Of a stretch of 64,000 bases of DNA, positions 13,696 through 26,800 are shown in pieces (position 1 is the stretch's first letter; every line of letters begins with the position of its first letter). A program made the position numbers and the translations under genes. The stretch comes from Lingula anatina. Its lineage: Eukaryota > Animalia > Brachiopoda. The stretch lies in contig CM120642.1 in NCBI GenBank assembly GCA_051362555.1, forward strand, positions 10,602,001-10,666,000, in the 5' to 3' direction. The notes under the pieces are model-generated. The model was not told the DNA's origin. It saw nothing but the letters and a program-made list of their open reading frames with translations, and did no database searches.

Positions 13696-13729
<34 letters not shown>

Positions 13730-15734
13730 TATAATTGGTCCGAATGCATATCACATTATGCAGAAAATCCGGCAAAATATAATGAAAACCTTCTGAAAAA
13801 TGTATCAGTGCAATAAGTTTTTTACTTACATCCGTTATACTAAATTACTACTAGGAACGTCTGCGTTTGGCTGCCTGTGACTTCATTTTAAGCATTAAAA
13901 AACGTTCTTTTTATATTGGTTTTTTCTTTGGAACACAAAGGACGGAGTAAAAAACGAAAATCACAATTTGGGCAAAAGCAAGGTATTACCCCACCTCAAG
14001 TATCTTATCCAATGGCTCAGTTGGTAGCGCAACAAAGACGATGAATCAGCTCCCGCCTCTTTTTGCACATGTAAAGGTAACCCAAGTGTGCTTTTGGTTG
14101 AAAACTTATGTAACAGATTTATTGCTATGATTCTTATGCGACGCACAGCAGAAACCGTATCCCGTCGCACCACAACTGTCTCGTACGCTCATTGTACGCA
14201 CATCTCTTGCCTTTGACATGAAAAAGAAAGGCAAATGGCCAAATCCTAGTGAACGTAATACACTTTGCATAGATCATATGTTTATATTGCCAGGCACCTA
14301 AAATAGAGGTAGTCAATGTAGCAATCTCTGTTCAAAAGATACACAGGTGTTTGATTTGAAAAGAAAACGCTATCCTGGAAATTAGGGTAGGACAAGCATA
14401 GACTGATTAAAAAAAAAAAGACAAAAATAGATGCAAAATAATTTTTAATAAATCAATTATGATTTTGCCATTCAGCGTTTTTATATAATAAAACAAATGA
14501 GTCAAACAATTTCAATATCTTAAATAATATATATATTTTGATAGGTGGAATTTACACGCTTGCAATTGGTTTCTAAGTTTTCCGTAAGAGTTACATAGGG
14601 CGGAACCACATAGTAATTCAGAAATAATCGCAAAATTTGACAACGTTCTAAAGGTTTGTACATAAAACCTTGTCAATATTTATTTGTAATTCTATTCTGC
14701 TGACAGCTGATGTCGCCGACTTGCTTCGAGCACAATGGCAGTTGAAAAGAACTTCAACACCCCAGTCAGGGTAATGAGCAAAAGACCTAGGGCGTTTTTT
14801 CTTTTTCTTTTTCCTAGTTTGGATATTCAACTCTTCAACTTTAAATCATGGTCTGTGTGAGCAAATACGTGTAAGTTCATGCATACAGTCAGGATTTAAC
14901 CTGCCACCCTTCGGAAGTTTATAGAATATTTTGTAAAAAGAAAATAATTAATGAATATTTAATATAAAAAATGTAAATTAATGAAGAAATGGATAAAGAA
15001 GCGACAGAATTCTATCACGCTGTTAACCTAGAGTCAAAGAGTCAGTCGTCGGCCAATGGAACGGGTGACCTCTCGAGCAAAAGGTCTGGCTATCAGACAG
15101 AGTAACATCAAAACTAACACGCTTCGCCTCTTATCATTTTTGTGAAGTAAATAAGTAAACGAAGCGTTGTCCTCCGTTATCCTAAGTCACAAAATACACG
15201 CTCAAAGGGCATGTGTACTTAAAAGGGGCGGGGCATTAATGCAGACTACCGCGATCAGACGGCTGCCCAGAGTTTCAAGGTCTATTGGAACTTGCCTCTT
15301 TCATTAGTATAATTAGTATATAAGTTTAGTTTTATCTACTTAATCTGGTAGATTTTCTAACAAAAAATCCCACATCAACTATTTATTTCAGTAACATAAA
15401 GGCAACTCATGTCTTTTGTTACTTTAATGTTTCACCTTTGCCAATAAATCTTTGCGCTGCTTCCTTACTAAATCCTAAACAATACAATGTTTGTGTTTTA
15501 ATAAAAAAAATGCCCCCATTTTTAAGTGTATCCGAACAAAAATAACAGACAGAATGAAAGTTGCAACCATTTCCTCTTTTATATTAGTATTTTTATAACA
15601 AGATTTTGTCAAAATTTTGCCTGCATTCATAATTAGCAAGTTCGCAATTTACCCGTAAAATTATCTAATTGGCCGATTTCTTAATCAACTAAAAAGCATC
15701 TAGGAGCTTGTAGGCCGAACTCCTGACTGTAGCG

Positions 15735-15900
15735 TAATCTAGTAGACAGACCTCTTACCTGTTAATTAACCTAGCAGAACGACCTCTAACGCGTAAATTA
15801 ACCTAGTAAACTTAGCTGTAATCAAACTTAATAGACCGATCTCGCACCTATAAATTAAACTAGTAGACCGAGCACTCAGTATAAACAAACCTAGTAGGCC
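15735..15900. repeat. Degenerate ~32-bp minisatellite (core AACCTAGTAGACCG)
   Basis: ctagtagac-like cores at ~15739, 15771, 15803, 15828, 15860 and 15891. Confidence 0.55.
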
Positions 15901-17830
15901 TGCTTAGGTCCTAGACTATTGCAGAATACGCACGTCATTTTACGTATCATCACGTATACCCTAAGTTGTCCAGGCACACGGAAAATGAGAATGCACGAAA
16001 GGCCACGCTCATGAGAACTGCCAAGAACGTAACAACCAAATGTAATCTTGCCAAAGCCGTGTTTCTTGTGTTACCCGGGCTTGCATGCATTTCAGTGACC
16101 ACGCTGCAGGTTATCGTGAATCAGTTTAAATAATTTCGTCCTCAAAACGCGCACTTTAATGTCAGGACCAGTGTTCACAACTTACCCCTTGTCCTCAGAT
16201 GTGACCGAAACGTGGTTTGTGATGAAGGCCGAGTGAGCGCGACCAGGCATCAAGGACAGCAAGTTAGATGATTAGTCACCTGTTAGTTGGTGTCTTCCAG
16301 AACCAAAAACATAATAAATAGGCCAAGCAGGTACAACAGCTAGTTGACTTCATATCTAGCCATTCAATGTATCAGTTTGCTGGTTTATCGCTCGGGTAGT
16401 TCACAATTACAACCCCAGCTTGGATCGGAGCTCACACAAAGTGCTAAAACTAGGAAATGGCCCATGGTGAACTTACGTCAGTTGAACAAGATACCTTTAT
16501 TGGATTTATCGTCCATTTTTCTTTAATCTGTGATACTTTTTAGCATCACCACTTGGGTTGTCCGTGATGAGCATACAACTTTGAAAAGGACTACTAATTT
16601 GGATTCGAACACAAAGGGAAATACGTTCAGCACGCCAATATTCCTTTGTGGACAGCATTATACAGATAAAATGAAGAAATTATCCTCAAATTATACATCT
16701 TTATATCATTTCGTTAAATCGAAGGAATTTTCATACAGAATAAACATTAAACATCCTAATGGCTTAGAAAGTGAATTATTCCCACGAAAATTCATAATCG
16801 GACTTTCAATGCGCTTTTGGAATTAAGAGAAAAGAAACGAAAGCGCATTGAAAATCCGATCAACTTCATCCTAATTTATTTCGTCAAAACGCCGATTCTT
16901 CATATAGCTATTTCCTGACAAGAAATGCCTCTTGCCATCATAAATGTCATCATAAATAAATGGGGAATGTCCAAATGAAGGTGTTTTTACAACTTGCAAA
17001 GGTGAAACGATTTAAACACAGTGAAATACACTGGTATGTCATATAATGGCTATGGATGACAAAACTCGTCTTATTCCGATAAAACAAGGCAGCCCTTATG
17101 TCTGTAAGTTTTGAAATAAATTGAAAATTAACTGAAAATCACACTTTATTGCACCATTAAACTGATTCCAAACCATTGCATAATTGAGATCTTTCCAGCA
17201 AAAAACGTTTCTCTGTTTTAGCACCCTTTCCACTGTATCACAGATAACAAGACAGAGGAACATGTGACACAATAAATGGTTGTAAAACGAGTCCTTCATT
17301 GTCCACTCTGTAAAGATGGTAATAATAATTGTTTTTAAAGAGACAATACATCATGCCCCATAGTTAATAATGCATCACGTTTCTCCAGAAATGATTAATT
17401 TTTCTTTACCACATGTAGTTAGCTACCAGTATCATGGAAGAATAGGTCCCCTTATGCTCGATAAACTTCAACCCGTCCCCTCCATTTCCTCCAAAACTCA
17501 TCAAATGCATCTCATTCACTACCTCTCTTTTTATATATATGATACAATATATAAATTATTTCAATAAATTTGTAGGTATGTTATATGTTTGTTTTCAAAA
17601 AACCTTTTTCTCGCCCAAAGGAAACCTTCAGTTATTGGCCAATTACGCTGGATATGTAAATTCTATAGGACTAAATTATCTTGGCAAGTTCTACACTTTT
17701 ACAGTGCAGAAATAAAGAAACTTACTAATACTGAAACAACAAGCACCCTCTTTTGAAAACTAGGTCTAATCTAAGAAAAATGGAAATTTTAGCACCATTA
17801 ATTGAATCAGTCTAAAGCAATGAGCACACC

Positions 17831-20800
17831 TCAACTGTTTAGTCCTAATAACCACATAATCCACTGTACAAATCCCACAATGCTCGACCACAGTCCTTGC
17901 TTCTCTAGCATTATAGTCTGAATGTCCTGGTCACTCTCCATGAAGTGGTCAATAATGCTGGACTTTAAATCCAGTGGCCAGTGTTTTGGTTTACCCTCAT
18001 CAAGATTTAGCAGGCAGACTTTGCGTATCTGAAGATATGAAAATAAAGCACTTTCAAGTTTATCTGTAGGAAAACAGACTTACCTAATTTCTCTTTTAAT
18101 AAAATCACTATACTGTTTTGCTGGGAAATACATGGCGATTACAAATAAAAAACTACATTCCAGATGACTGAAAAAAGATGCTCCTGATAGAGTTAAGAGA
18201 GATTGAGATGTGTAGGCATAGCAATAGTCTGTCTTGTTAATTCTTGAAAGATAAATCTGTGGATTTCAACTGTGGTATTTCATTTGTGCACAACAAATCA
18301 CAGTATAAAAATAGAAGTTCCACTTACAAACTGAGACACACTAAACACAGTGTCATATTTGTCAGCAGACAGCACAATCAGCTGCTTGGCTGTTCTTAAG
18401 GGGGCTTCCACTTCTCTTGCAAAGGCTTCCACATTTTCTTGACGACGTTTTCCACAAATTTTGTGAATTCCCCTCTAATGAAATGAGAAAAAAACAGCAA
18501 CACATATTAAAATGTAACTTCATTTGAGTCAATACCAGAGCAAACTTTAGGAAGAGAAGCCTATTTGGGTTAAAGGAAACAACATTTGTTTATTTTAAGC
18601 TGAAGTGCTGTATTTATTAGCAATGTTTCTCGTGACAATGTATTACATGTGACCCAGTGAAAGTGTACTGGGACAGTGTAACTATTACATGAATAATCCT
18701 CTGTGCTGAATGTACCAAGTTCTTGGAAAGTGCTATTTTACCAAAATCAAATTAGATTTTCTTTACTGTTGCAACATTCTAAATAGGTATCTTTTTAATA
18801 TCTCTTGAATGTGTACATGAGTTTGATTTGCTTCCATTATGACTGCATCCTCACCTGGAGTTCTATCATTCCTTCTGCAAAACTCTTAAATGTAGAAAAT
18901 TCATCAAACTCATCTCTGTAAGATGTCTCACAATTCTTAGTTTCCTGGTATAACCTAAAATTTGAAGAGTACCTGTGACATACACATTAGCACAAAAATA
19001 CAATCAGTAGGATTTTTTTTAACCAATTTGCAAAAGGAATGAAGTAAAATAATGTGAAAATATACACGTACTTACACAAGAAACGAAAAAAAAAACAAAA
19101 AAAAAAAACAATTCTGTCCTGATCAGGATTAATATAAAATACCAAATATACATACTGTAAATAGGAGGGTAAGTATAATTATACTAATACACCTTAACTG
19201 TGGCAAAGGAAGCCCTCACCTCTCCTCCAGGTCAGTGTCATTGACTGGCAGTGGCATAATAGTAGCATCTGTGGAATCAGTGAATAAAGACAGCAGTTCT
19301 CTCACCTATTCGTGAAGATGTGATGTAATAAGGTTTAGACAGTGTTATGCACCATTTTTAATTCAAGCCAATGTTATTATAGTCAAAATCATTATTTGTT
19401 TTTTATTTTCCACCAAATTTGTGATGAAATGTGAGTATGATAAACTATTTCTTTATGTTTTCACAAAAAGCCAATTTGTGTACTTCAATTAGTTATCCAA
19501 AGCTCAAATATAAATTTTAAAATGTTTAATATGAATTCTTTCCAGAGAAACTTCTGGGCAATGATTTAACCTGCACTACGGCTTCTCTTGGACTTATCAC
19601 AGACTTCTCTATAAGGCTGACATAATCTAATATTTCTCAAGATAATATCTGATTTGACTGAAAACATGGCATGAGTTCTATCAAAAGAATAAACCAACCC
19701 TGACATTGATCTGTGTATGCAGGTATTCATCATTTTCCTTTTCTAAAGCTTTTGAGACTTCAACAAGTTGATTCTGAAAAACAATATAATTTTATCATAC
19801 AACTTATTAAAATGACGACATATTCTGCTATTGTCTTTAAAAAGGACTTGTTTGAAAATGACCATATATGTTTATAGTTAAAGTGTGATAGAAAAACTTG
19901 TTCATTCCCATTTTTAAATATTTAAAACTAGAGGATCAGAGAGGCGATACCGCCTCCGAATATTGTACCACCAGCTTCGTATAGACCCCCACATACACAA
20001 AATAAGGGACACAGCCACCAGTTTTGTGCTTGACAAGCTGTAAAAATGCAATCAACAAGAATTTTTAAACTATTGCAAAAAATATATATGGTACAATCAA
20101 ATTTAAGTTCTTCGTTAGGTAGGTCAAGGGTCAATTTCAAGGTCACAGTAAATTGCCAGTATATGACTTCCTATTCAAGTTCAAGAGTAACTATGGACCT
20201 ATCTCTGTCAAGTTTGAAGTTAAAAGAGAAAGAAATTAGCAGAGTTCAGTTCATGATAAAAAGTAGGTCAAAGGTCAATTTCAAGGTCACACTTAGATTG
20301 CCAGTATAGGACTTCCTATTCAACTTCAATAGTAACTATGGACCTATCTCAGCCAGTTTTGGAGATAAAAGGGAAGCAAAATTTGCAAAATTCAGTTCAT
20401 GGTGAAAAGTAGGTCAAAGGTCAATTTCAAGGTCACATTTAGATTGCCAGTATATGACTTTCTATTCAAGTTCAATAGTAACTATGGACCTATCTCTGTC
20501 AGTTTTGGAGATAAAAGGAAAGCAAAATTTGCAAAGTTCAGTTTATGGTGAAAAGAAGGTCAAAGGTCAATTTTGAGGTCACATTTAGATTGCCAGTATA
20601 TGACTTCCTATTCAAGTTCAATAGTAACTACGGACCTATCTCAGCCAGTTTTGGAGATAAAAGGGTAGCAAAATTTGCAAAGTTCAGTTTATGGTGAAAA
20701 GTAGGACAAAGGTCAATTTTAATGTCACATTTATAATGCCAGTATATGACTTCCTATTCAAGTTCAATAGTAACTATGGACCTATCTCAGCCAGTTTTGG

Positions 20801-23800
20801 AGATAAAAGGAAAGCAAAATTTGCAAAATTCAGTTCATGGTGTAAAGTAGGTCAAAGGTCAATTTTAAGGTCACATTTAGATTGCCAGTATATGACTTCC
20901 TTTTCAAGTTCAATAGTAACTATGGACCTATCTCTGCCAGTTTTGGAGATAAAAGGAAAGCAAAATTTGCAAAGTTCAGTTCATGGTGAAAAGTAGGTCA
21001 AAGGTCAATTTCAAGGTCACATTTAGATTGCCAGTATATGACTTCCTATTCAAGTTCAATAGTAACTATGGACCTATCTCAGCCAGTTTTGGAGATAAAA
21101 GGGAAGCAAAATTTGCAAAATTCAGTTCATGGTGAAAAGTAGGTCAAAGGTCAATTTCAAGGTCACATTTAGATTGCCAGTATATGACTTCCTATTCAAG
21201 TTCAATAGTAACTATGGACCTATCTCTGCCAGTTTTGGAGATAAAAGGGAAGCAAAACTTGCAAAGTTCAGTTTATGGTGAAAAGTAGGTCAAAGGTCAA
21301 TTTTGAGGTCACATTTAGATTGCCAGTATATGACTTCCTATTCAAGTTCAATAGTAACTACGGACCTATCTCTGCCAGTTTTGGAGATAAAAGGGAAGCA
21401 AAATTTGCAAAATTCAGTTCATGGTGAAAAGTAGGTCAAAGGTCAATTTCAAGGTCACATTTAGATTGCCAGTATATGACTTCCTATTCAAGTTCAATAG
21501 TAACTATGGACCTATCTCTGCCAGTTTTGGAGATAAAAGGGAAGAAAAGTTTGCAAAGTTCAGTTCATGGTGAAAAGTAGGTCAAAGGTCAATTTTGAGG
21601 TCACATTTAGATTGCCAGTATATGACTTCCTATTCAAGTTCAATAGTAACTATGGACCTATCTCTGTCAGTTTTGGAGATAAAAGGAAAGCAAAATTTGC
21701 AAAGTTCAGTTTATGGTGAAAAGTAGGTCAAAGGTCAATTTTGAGGTCACATTTAGATTGCCAGTATATGACTTCCTATTCAAGTTCAATAGTAACTATG
21801 GACCTATCTCAGCCAGTTTTGGAGATAAAAGGGAAGCAAAATTTGCAAAATTCAGTTCATGGTGAAAAGTAGGTCAAAGGTCAATTTCAAGGTCACATTT
21901 AGATTGCCAGTATATGACTTCCTATTCAAGTTCAATAGTAACTATGGACCTATCTCTGCCAGTTTTGGAGATAAAAGGGAAGAAAAGTTTGCAAAGTTCA
22001 GTTCATGGTGAAAAGTAGGTCAAAGGTCAATTTTGAGGTCACATTTAGATTGCCAGTATATGACTTCCTATTCAAGTTCAATAGAAACTACGGACCTATC
22101 TCAGCCAGTTTTGGAGATAAAAGGAAAGCAAAATTTGCAAAATTCAGTTCATGGTGAAAAGTAGGTCAAAGGTCAATTTTAATGTCACATTTAGATTGCC
22201 AGTATATGACTTCCTATTCAAGTTCAATAGTAACTACGGACCTATCTCAGCCAGTTTTGGAGATAAAAGGAAAGCAAAATTTGCAAAATTCAGTTCATGG
22301 TGTAAAGTAGGTCAAAGGTCAATTTTAAGGTCACATTTAGATTGCCAGTATATGACTTCCTATTCAAGTTCAATAGTAACTATGGACCTATCTCTGCCAG
22401 TTTTGGAAATAAAAGGGAAGAAAAATTTGCAAAGTTCAGTTCATGGTGAAAAGTAGGTCAAAGGTCAATTTCAAGGTCATAGTAAGATTGCCAGTATATG
22501 ACTTCCTATTCAACTTCAATAGTAACTATGGACCTATCTCTGCCAGTTTTGGATATATAAGGGACTAAATGTTATAATTTTGGAGTTACCATAATGTGCC
22601 TTAAATTTCGTACAGAAAAAATTAATTAAAATAAAGAAAGTGTCATTTTGGTCAAAATTCTTGAAATAGGAGGTGCTCTGAAGTTTCAGAAGTTCAAATT
22701 TGATGAAATAATGTCATTTTTGAACACAAGTTGTCTGCTGTGCCAAGCCTTATGTATTTTTCCAGAGTTCAAAATTTATTATCCATTACCGTACTGCACA
22801 TTTTGCCTTTACCACCAATATGTACTTTTTGATACAGCGTAATTCGAAAACCGTATGGAATACAAAAAAACCGATACCACCTCCAGTGTTGGGCTTTACA
22901 TGCTCTACAAAATGCAAAAAAAGAATGGCTCTCTAGCATTAACGGTTCCCGAATTAGAGACAGTTTTCAGTTTCGGTATCTTATGGCCGCTACTCCCGTG
23001 AAAATGCACCGATTGACCCCAAATTCATGGAGATGAAAGATGACCTGAAGGGTAACACTTTCCAATAATATTATTGGTTAAGTCTGTGTGGTGTCTGAAT
23101 AACAGGGCAAAAAAATTTTTTTTCGTAAAAAATTTCATTTTTTTGAAAATTTTGGCCCATTTGACCTTGAAGTAAAGGTCAAAGGTCAAATCCAAGGGTA
23201 TATTTGAAATCTACACATATGACTTTTGGAAAGCCGTCTATAGAAATTTTTCCCATAACTCCTTCCGTAGGGTAGATAATTAGCATTTAATTTTGCCATT
23301 TTTAGACAAGGGTGCATTGCAATGAGTGCCACACCCAGACCCCAATACCGACAAAGCCCAAATTTTACGTGGAACGAGTTGAGATTATAGGTGACCTAAA
23401 TCCATGAGATGGGTACGGGGGCCCTTACCGTCTAGGAGGAGAAGCGGTAACGGTAGCCGTCCGGCGGAGCCGGCGGAACGATCCGGACGGGACCGAAACC
23501 ATGTGTACCGCCAGCGCTAACGCTGGTGGTACAATTAATTATCAATTCTTCTATGAGAGAACACTCTAGACCCAATATAGAAAATTGGTTTTGCCACAAA
23601 CAATTTATGGGTTTGACATAATGTCTGGTAATGTCTGGTAAAGTGGTATTTGCTGTCAAGCTACATTAACCTAACTTCATACTTTAGATGGCTGTCTAAT
23701 TACCATTTGCCACCACATTATATGGTTATGACTTTACACAAAATAATGGTAGACTGGATAACAATTACTTATCTTGTGAGGAGCAAATGGCACTTCATAC

Positions 23801-26800
23801 CAATACCATTGAAATCTATTGCAAGATAGGTCTACCGAACTCGAATGGAAACACAAAGCACTTGTTTTGTCTTTCATGTCTATAGCAAGTTTAACTTCTT
23901 GCACTTCCTTTAAATATGACAAACCTTCAGGTTGCCTTGGTAAACATTGTATAAATCTTCTTCACTGGCTTTGTCACATTCAGTACGGAATACCTTCAGA
24001 AGAAAGAAATGAGGTACTATTAAACCAACACACAAATAAGTAAAAGTACAACTCCTTACAATGAGATTAATTAAAGAATAAAACATAATTGTATACATAC
24101 ATGGACGTGCACAATCAGAGAATTGACTCAGTATTACTTTGAAACAAAGGAAGATATATTTATGTATGTCATGTTACAGCTTTACAGTGCATAACCTGGT
24201 ATATCTAAATCCTTCATTTGCATGTGTGCATGCCAAAGTACTTGTGAGTGCATGTATTGCTGATGTGAACTTTCAGCTTTTGAATGTGAACAAATTATCA
24301 CCTTTTCAGCAGCTTCATTGGCAAAACTCAACACATGGGACATCTCCTTTGGAGCTCTTGGAAATCTATCTTTGTTTTCAGTAAGCTTCTTAAACTGTCC
24401 TGCAAAGAAACTGACGATGAAGCATCCTTTGTTTACAATACATATAACACAAAGTTCAAAATATTTTTTCATAACATAGTAAAGGGAATCATTGATACAA
24501 AGTTGCATTAACAAGCAGGCCAGCAGAACTACGCAATGGAGCAGTGTCACATTGATCTAATAAATATGAGAAAAATTATGAGCTCTAACCTATGGCTTTT
24601 TCTATTCCTTCATGCAATGTCTTTTCTAAAGCCTGCTTGTTCTTTAAGAGAAATCGGTCTCCAATACTAGTGATAGAACTCTGAAAGAACAAAAACACTG
24701 TTTGAAGATATTGTTTTTTACTAAAATATTCAAAACTTTAAAGCATTATCACCAAAATAAATGTTTTTTAAAAATTTCTTTCACAAATTATATTATAACA
24801 ATTTGCTAACTAGATAATGCAACAGAATAAAACATATATGACAAATCCTTGCTGCTTTAAACCAGTTTAGGATAGGTAAAAAATGCACAAACAATTAAAA
24901 GAAATTCACATTATACCCCAAGTCTCTTAATGATGTCTGCTCTATCTGCCTCTGGAGTGAAGTTTTTGATGCTCTCAGTGAACTGTGACAGAGATTTCTC
25001 GTGTAGAACTCCTATCTGGTGCTCTAGTTCAGATGTTTTCAGTGGAAGCTTCATTTTGCTCAATGCCTCCTCTGCATCAAGCTGAAAACATGGAAAATCC
25101 CAATCTTAAAACTTATCATCTATTATGCAGTGTCATTCCTTGAAAAATCATGTTAATTACATTTAAACCATTCAAAATGCAAGAACTTTAAGACAATTAA
25201 AAACAAATCAAAGCTGTTAACAACAACAAAGTTGATGAATGATAAACATTAAAGTCATGTGCTTTATTTTGCTGTTAAGTTAAACATTAAATCCACTTGT
25301 GCTCTACAAAATAGCTGGAGATGCAGGGCACAGAATCACCAACAAATTAAATGTGCTGACCTATTTATTATATCAAGATGACAAGCAATTCCTTGATAAT
25401 TTGAGTGTTACTGAAGGAACAACCTTCAAAATTACTATCCAAAAATTTAACATTATCATATCATTTTATAGCCAAATGTTTTTGAGTACATACTCTGAGG
25501 TTTTCAAAGAAGTAGTGGTGGGGATAGATGTATTGGTAAATTGATTGAAAGACAGATAAGTGAAGCTGTGACAGAGAGTGAAATAACCTCACTTTGAATA
25601 CAGTGAACTGATGGGGAATCGGTTATAAAAGCTGTTTAATTTCTGTTATGTTTAAGCTTATCAGAGACCAACAAAAAAGTGTACTGGGAAGCTTTTGGAA
25701 GGTTTTGAAACTAAATCTCAGGGTGACATAGGCAGCATTCAAAACCAATTGGATCAAATATGTACGACCCACTTGAAACCTTATCGCATACGTAATCCTT
25801 GCCATGAATCTATTTAGTGTCTATCAGGAGATTATGCAGCAAGCTTTCAAGTGGGTCAGCCATATTTGACACAGGGATCTGTTAGTCCAGGAACAACATG
25901 CTCTGAATGCACCCATACCTCAACCTTGTGCTGAAGCTCATTGCACTTTAGCTTTATCCTCTTTTCATTCATGTCCTTGCTCTTCTCAAACTTGTGACGT
26001 ATATTGTGATCTAGCTCCTTAGATGCTTCTGTTACCCTATCACCAAGCCTTTAAGATATGCAAATTGTAATTAACTGCACAATTCACAAAATTTAAACAA
26101 ATGTGCATTACCTAAATTGAATACCCATGGACCTGGTCATCAAAGTTGTTTTAAAAGATGACAAAGCTATAACCACTATAAAAGAGCTAATCTGTTTTCT
26201 ATAATTAAAGGAACATTGATATTGTGAATACATACAGACACTGAAAGCTTTACATCATTGTGAAGTACTGAGAAACAGGATATGATATTATTTTGATGAT
26301 ATTCAAACACAACACTGTAAACATTCTATAAATGAACACATGATCCTCACTGCCACGTCACCTCCAAACTGCTGTCACTACTTGCACTACACCTACCCAA
26401 ACAACAGCTGTTCTAGAAGGTGGAGTGATTTATTGAATACTTGTTCATGCCATTCCTTCAGAAGAGATAGAAGAATGGTTATAAGCAGTTAAATATCATG
26501 GAAAGTGAAAGATGGCAACTAACAAATCGACTTCTGAAACTATAAACTATGCATTACGTGAAAGGAAAAGCTATACTAATGCTGAGTGGAAAATTGTGTA
26601 AAAAAATCTGAAAGATGTTGCACTCAAAGAAGATACTGATACATATTCTTTAAACTGGATTAAAGACAAAAAGTGAGATTTCTATTCATACTAGTGACTT
26701 TATGTTAAAAGGGAAGCAATGCTATGATATGATATAGTAATTCTCTATGTCATAGCAATGAGAGGCTTAATTAAAGATAACTGCTTAGCTACAGTTAGAG

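Noticed and set aside
13961-14316. Upstream coding exon of the orphan membrane protein
   Set aside because: An acceptor (~14298) and donor (~13988) exist, but no frame stays open across the exon and ends in the required phase 0. It may be a UTR exon.
20118-22563. CRISPR-like array or repeat-protein gene (ORFs 20046, 20691, 22151)
   Set aside because: Units are contiguous 146-bp near-identical copies with no unique spacers. The period is not a multiple of 3, stops are frequent, and the context is a eukaryotic intron.
24196-24301. Extension of the GBP exon to the donor at ~24195, as the ORF track suggests
   Set aside because: That donor gives phase 1, incompatible with the next phase-0 exon; the donor at 24301 keeps the frame.
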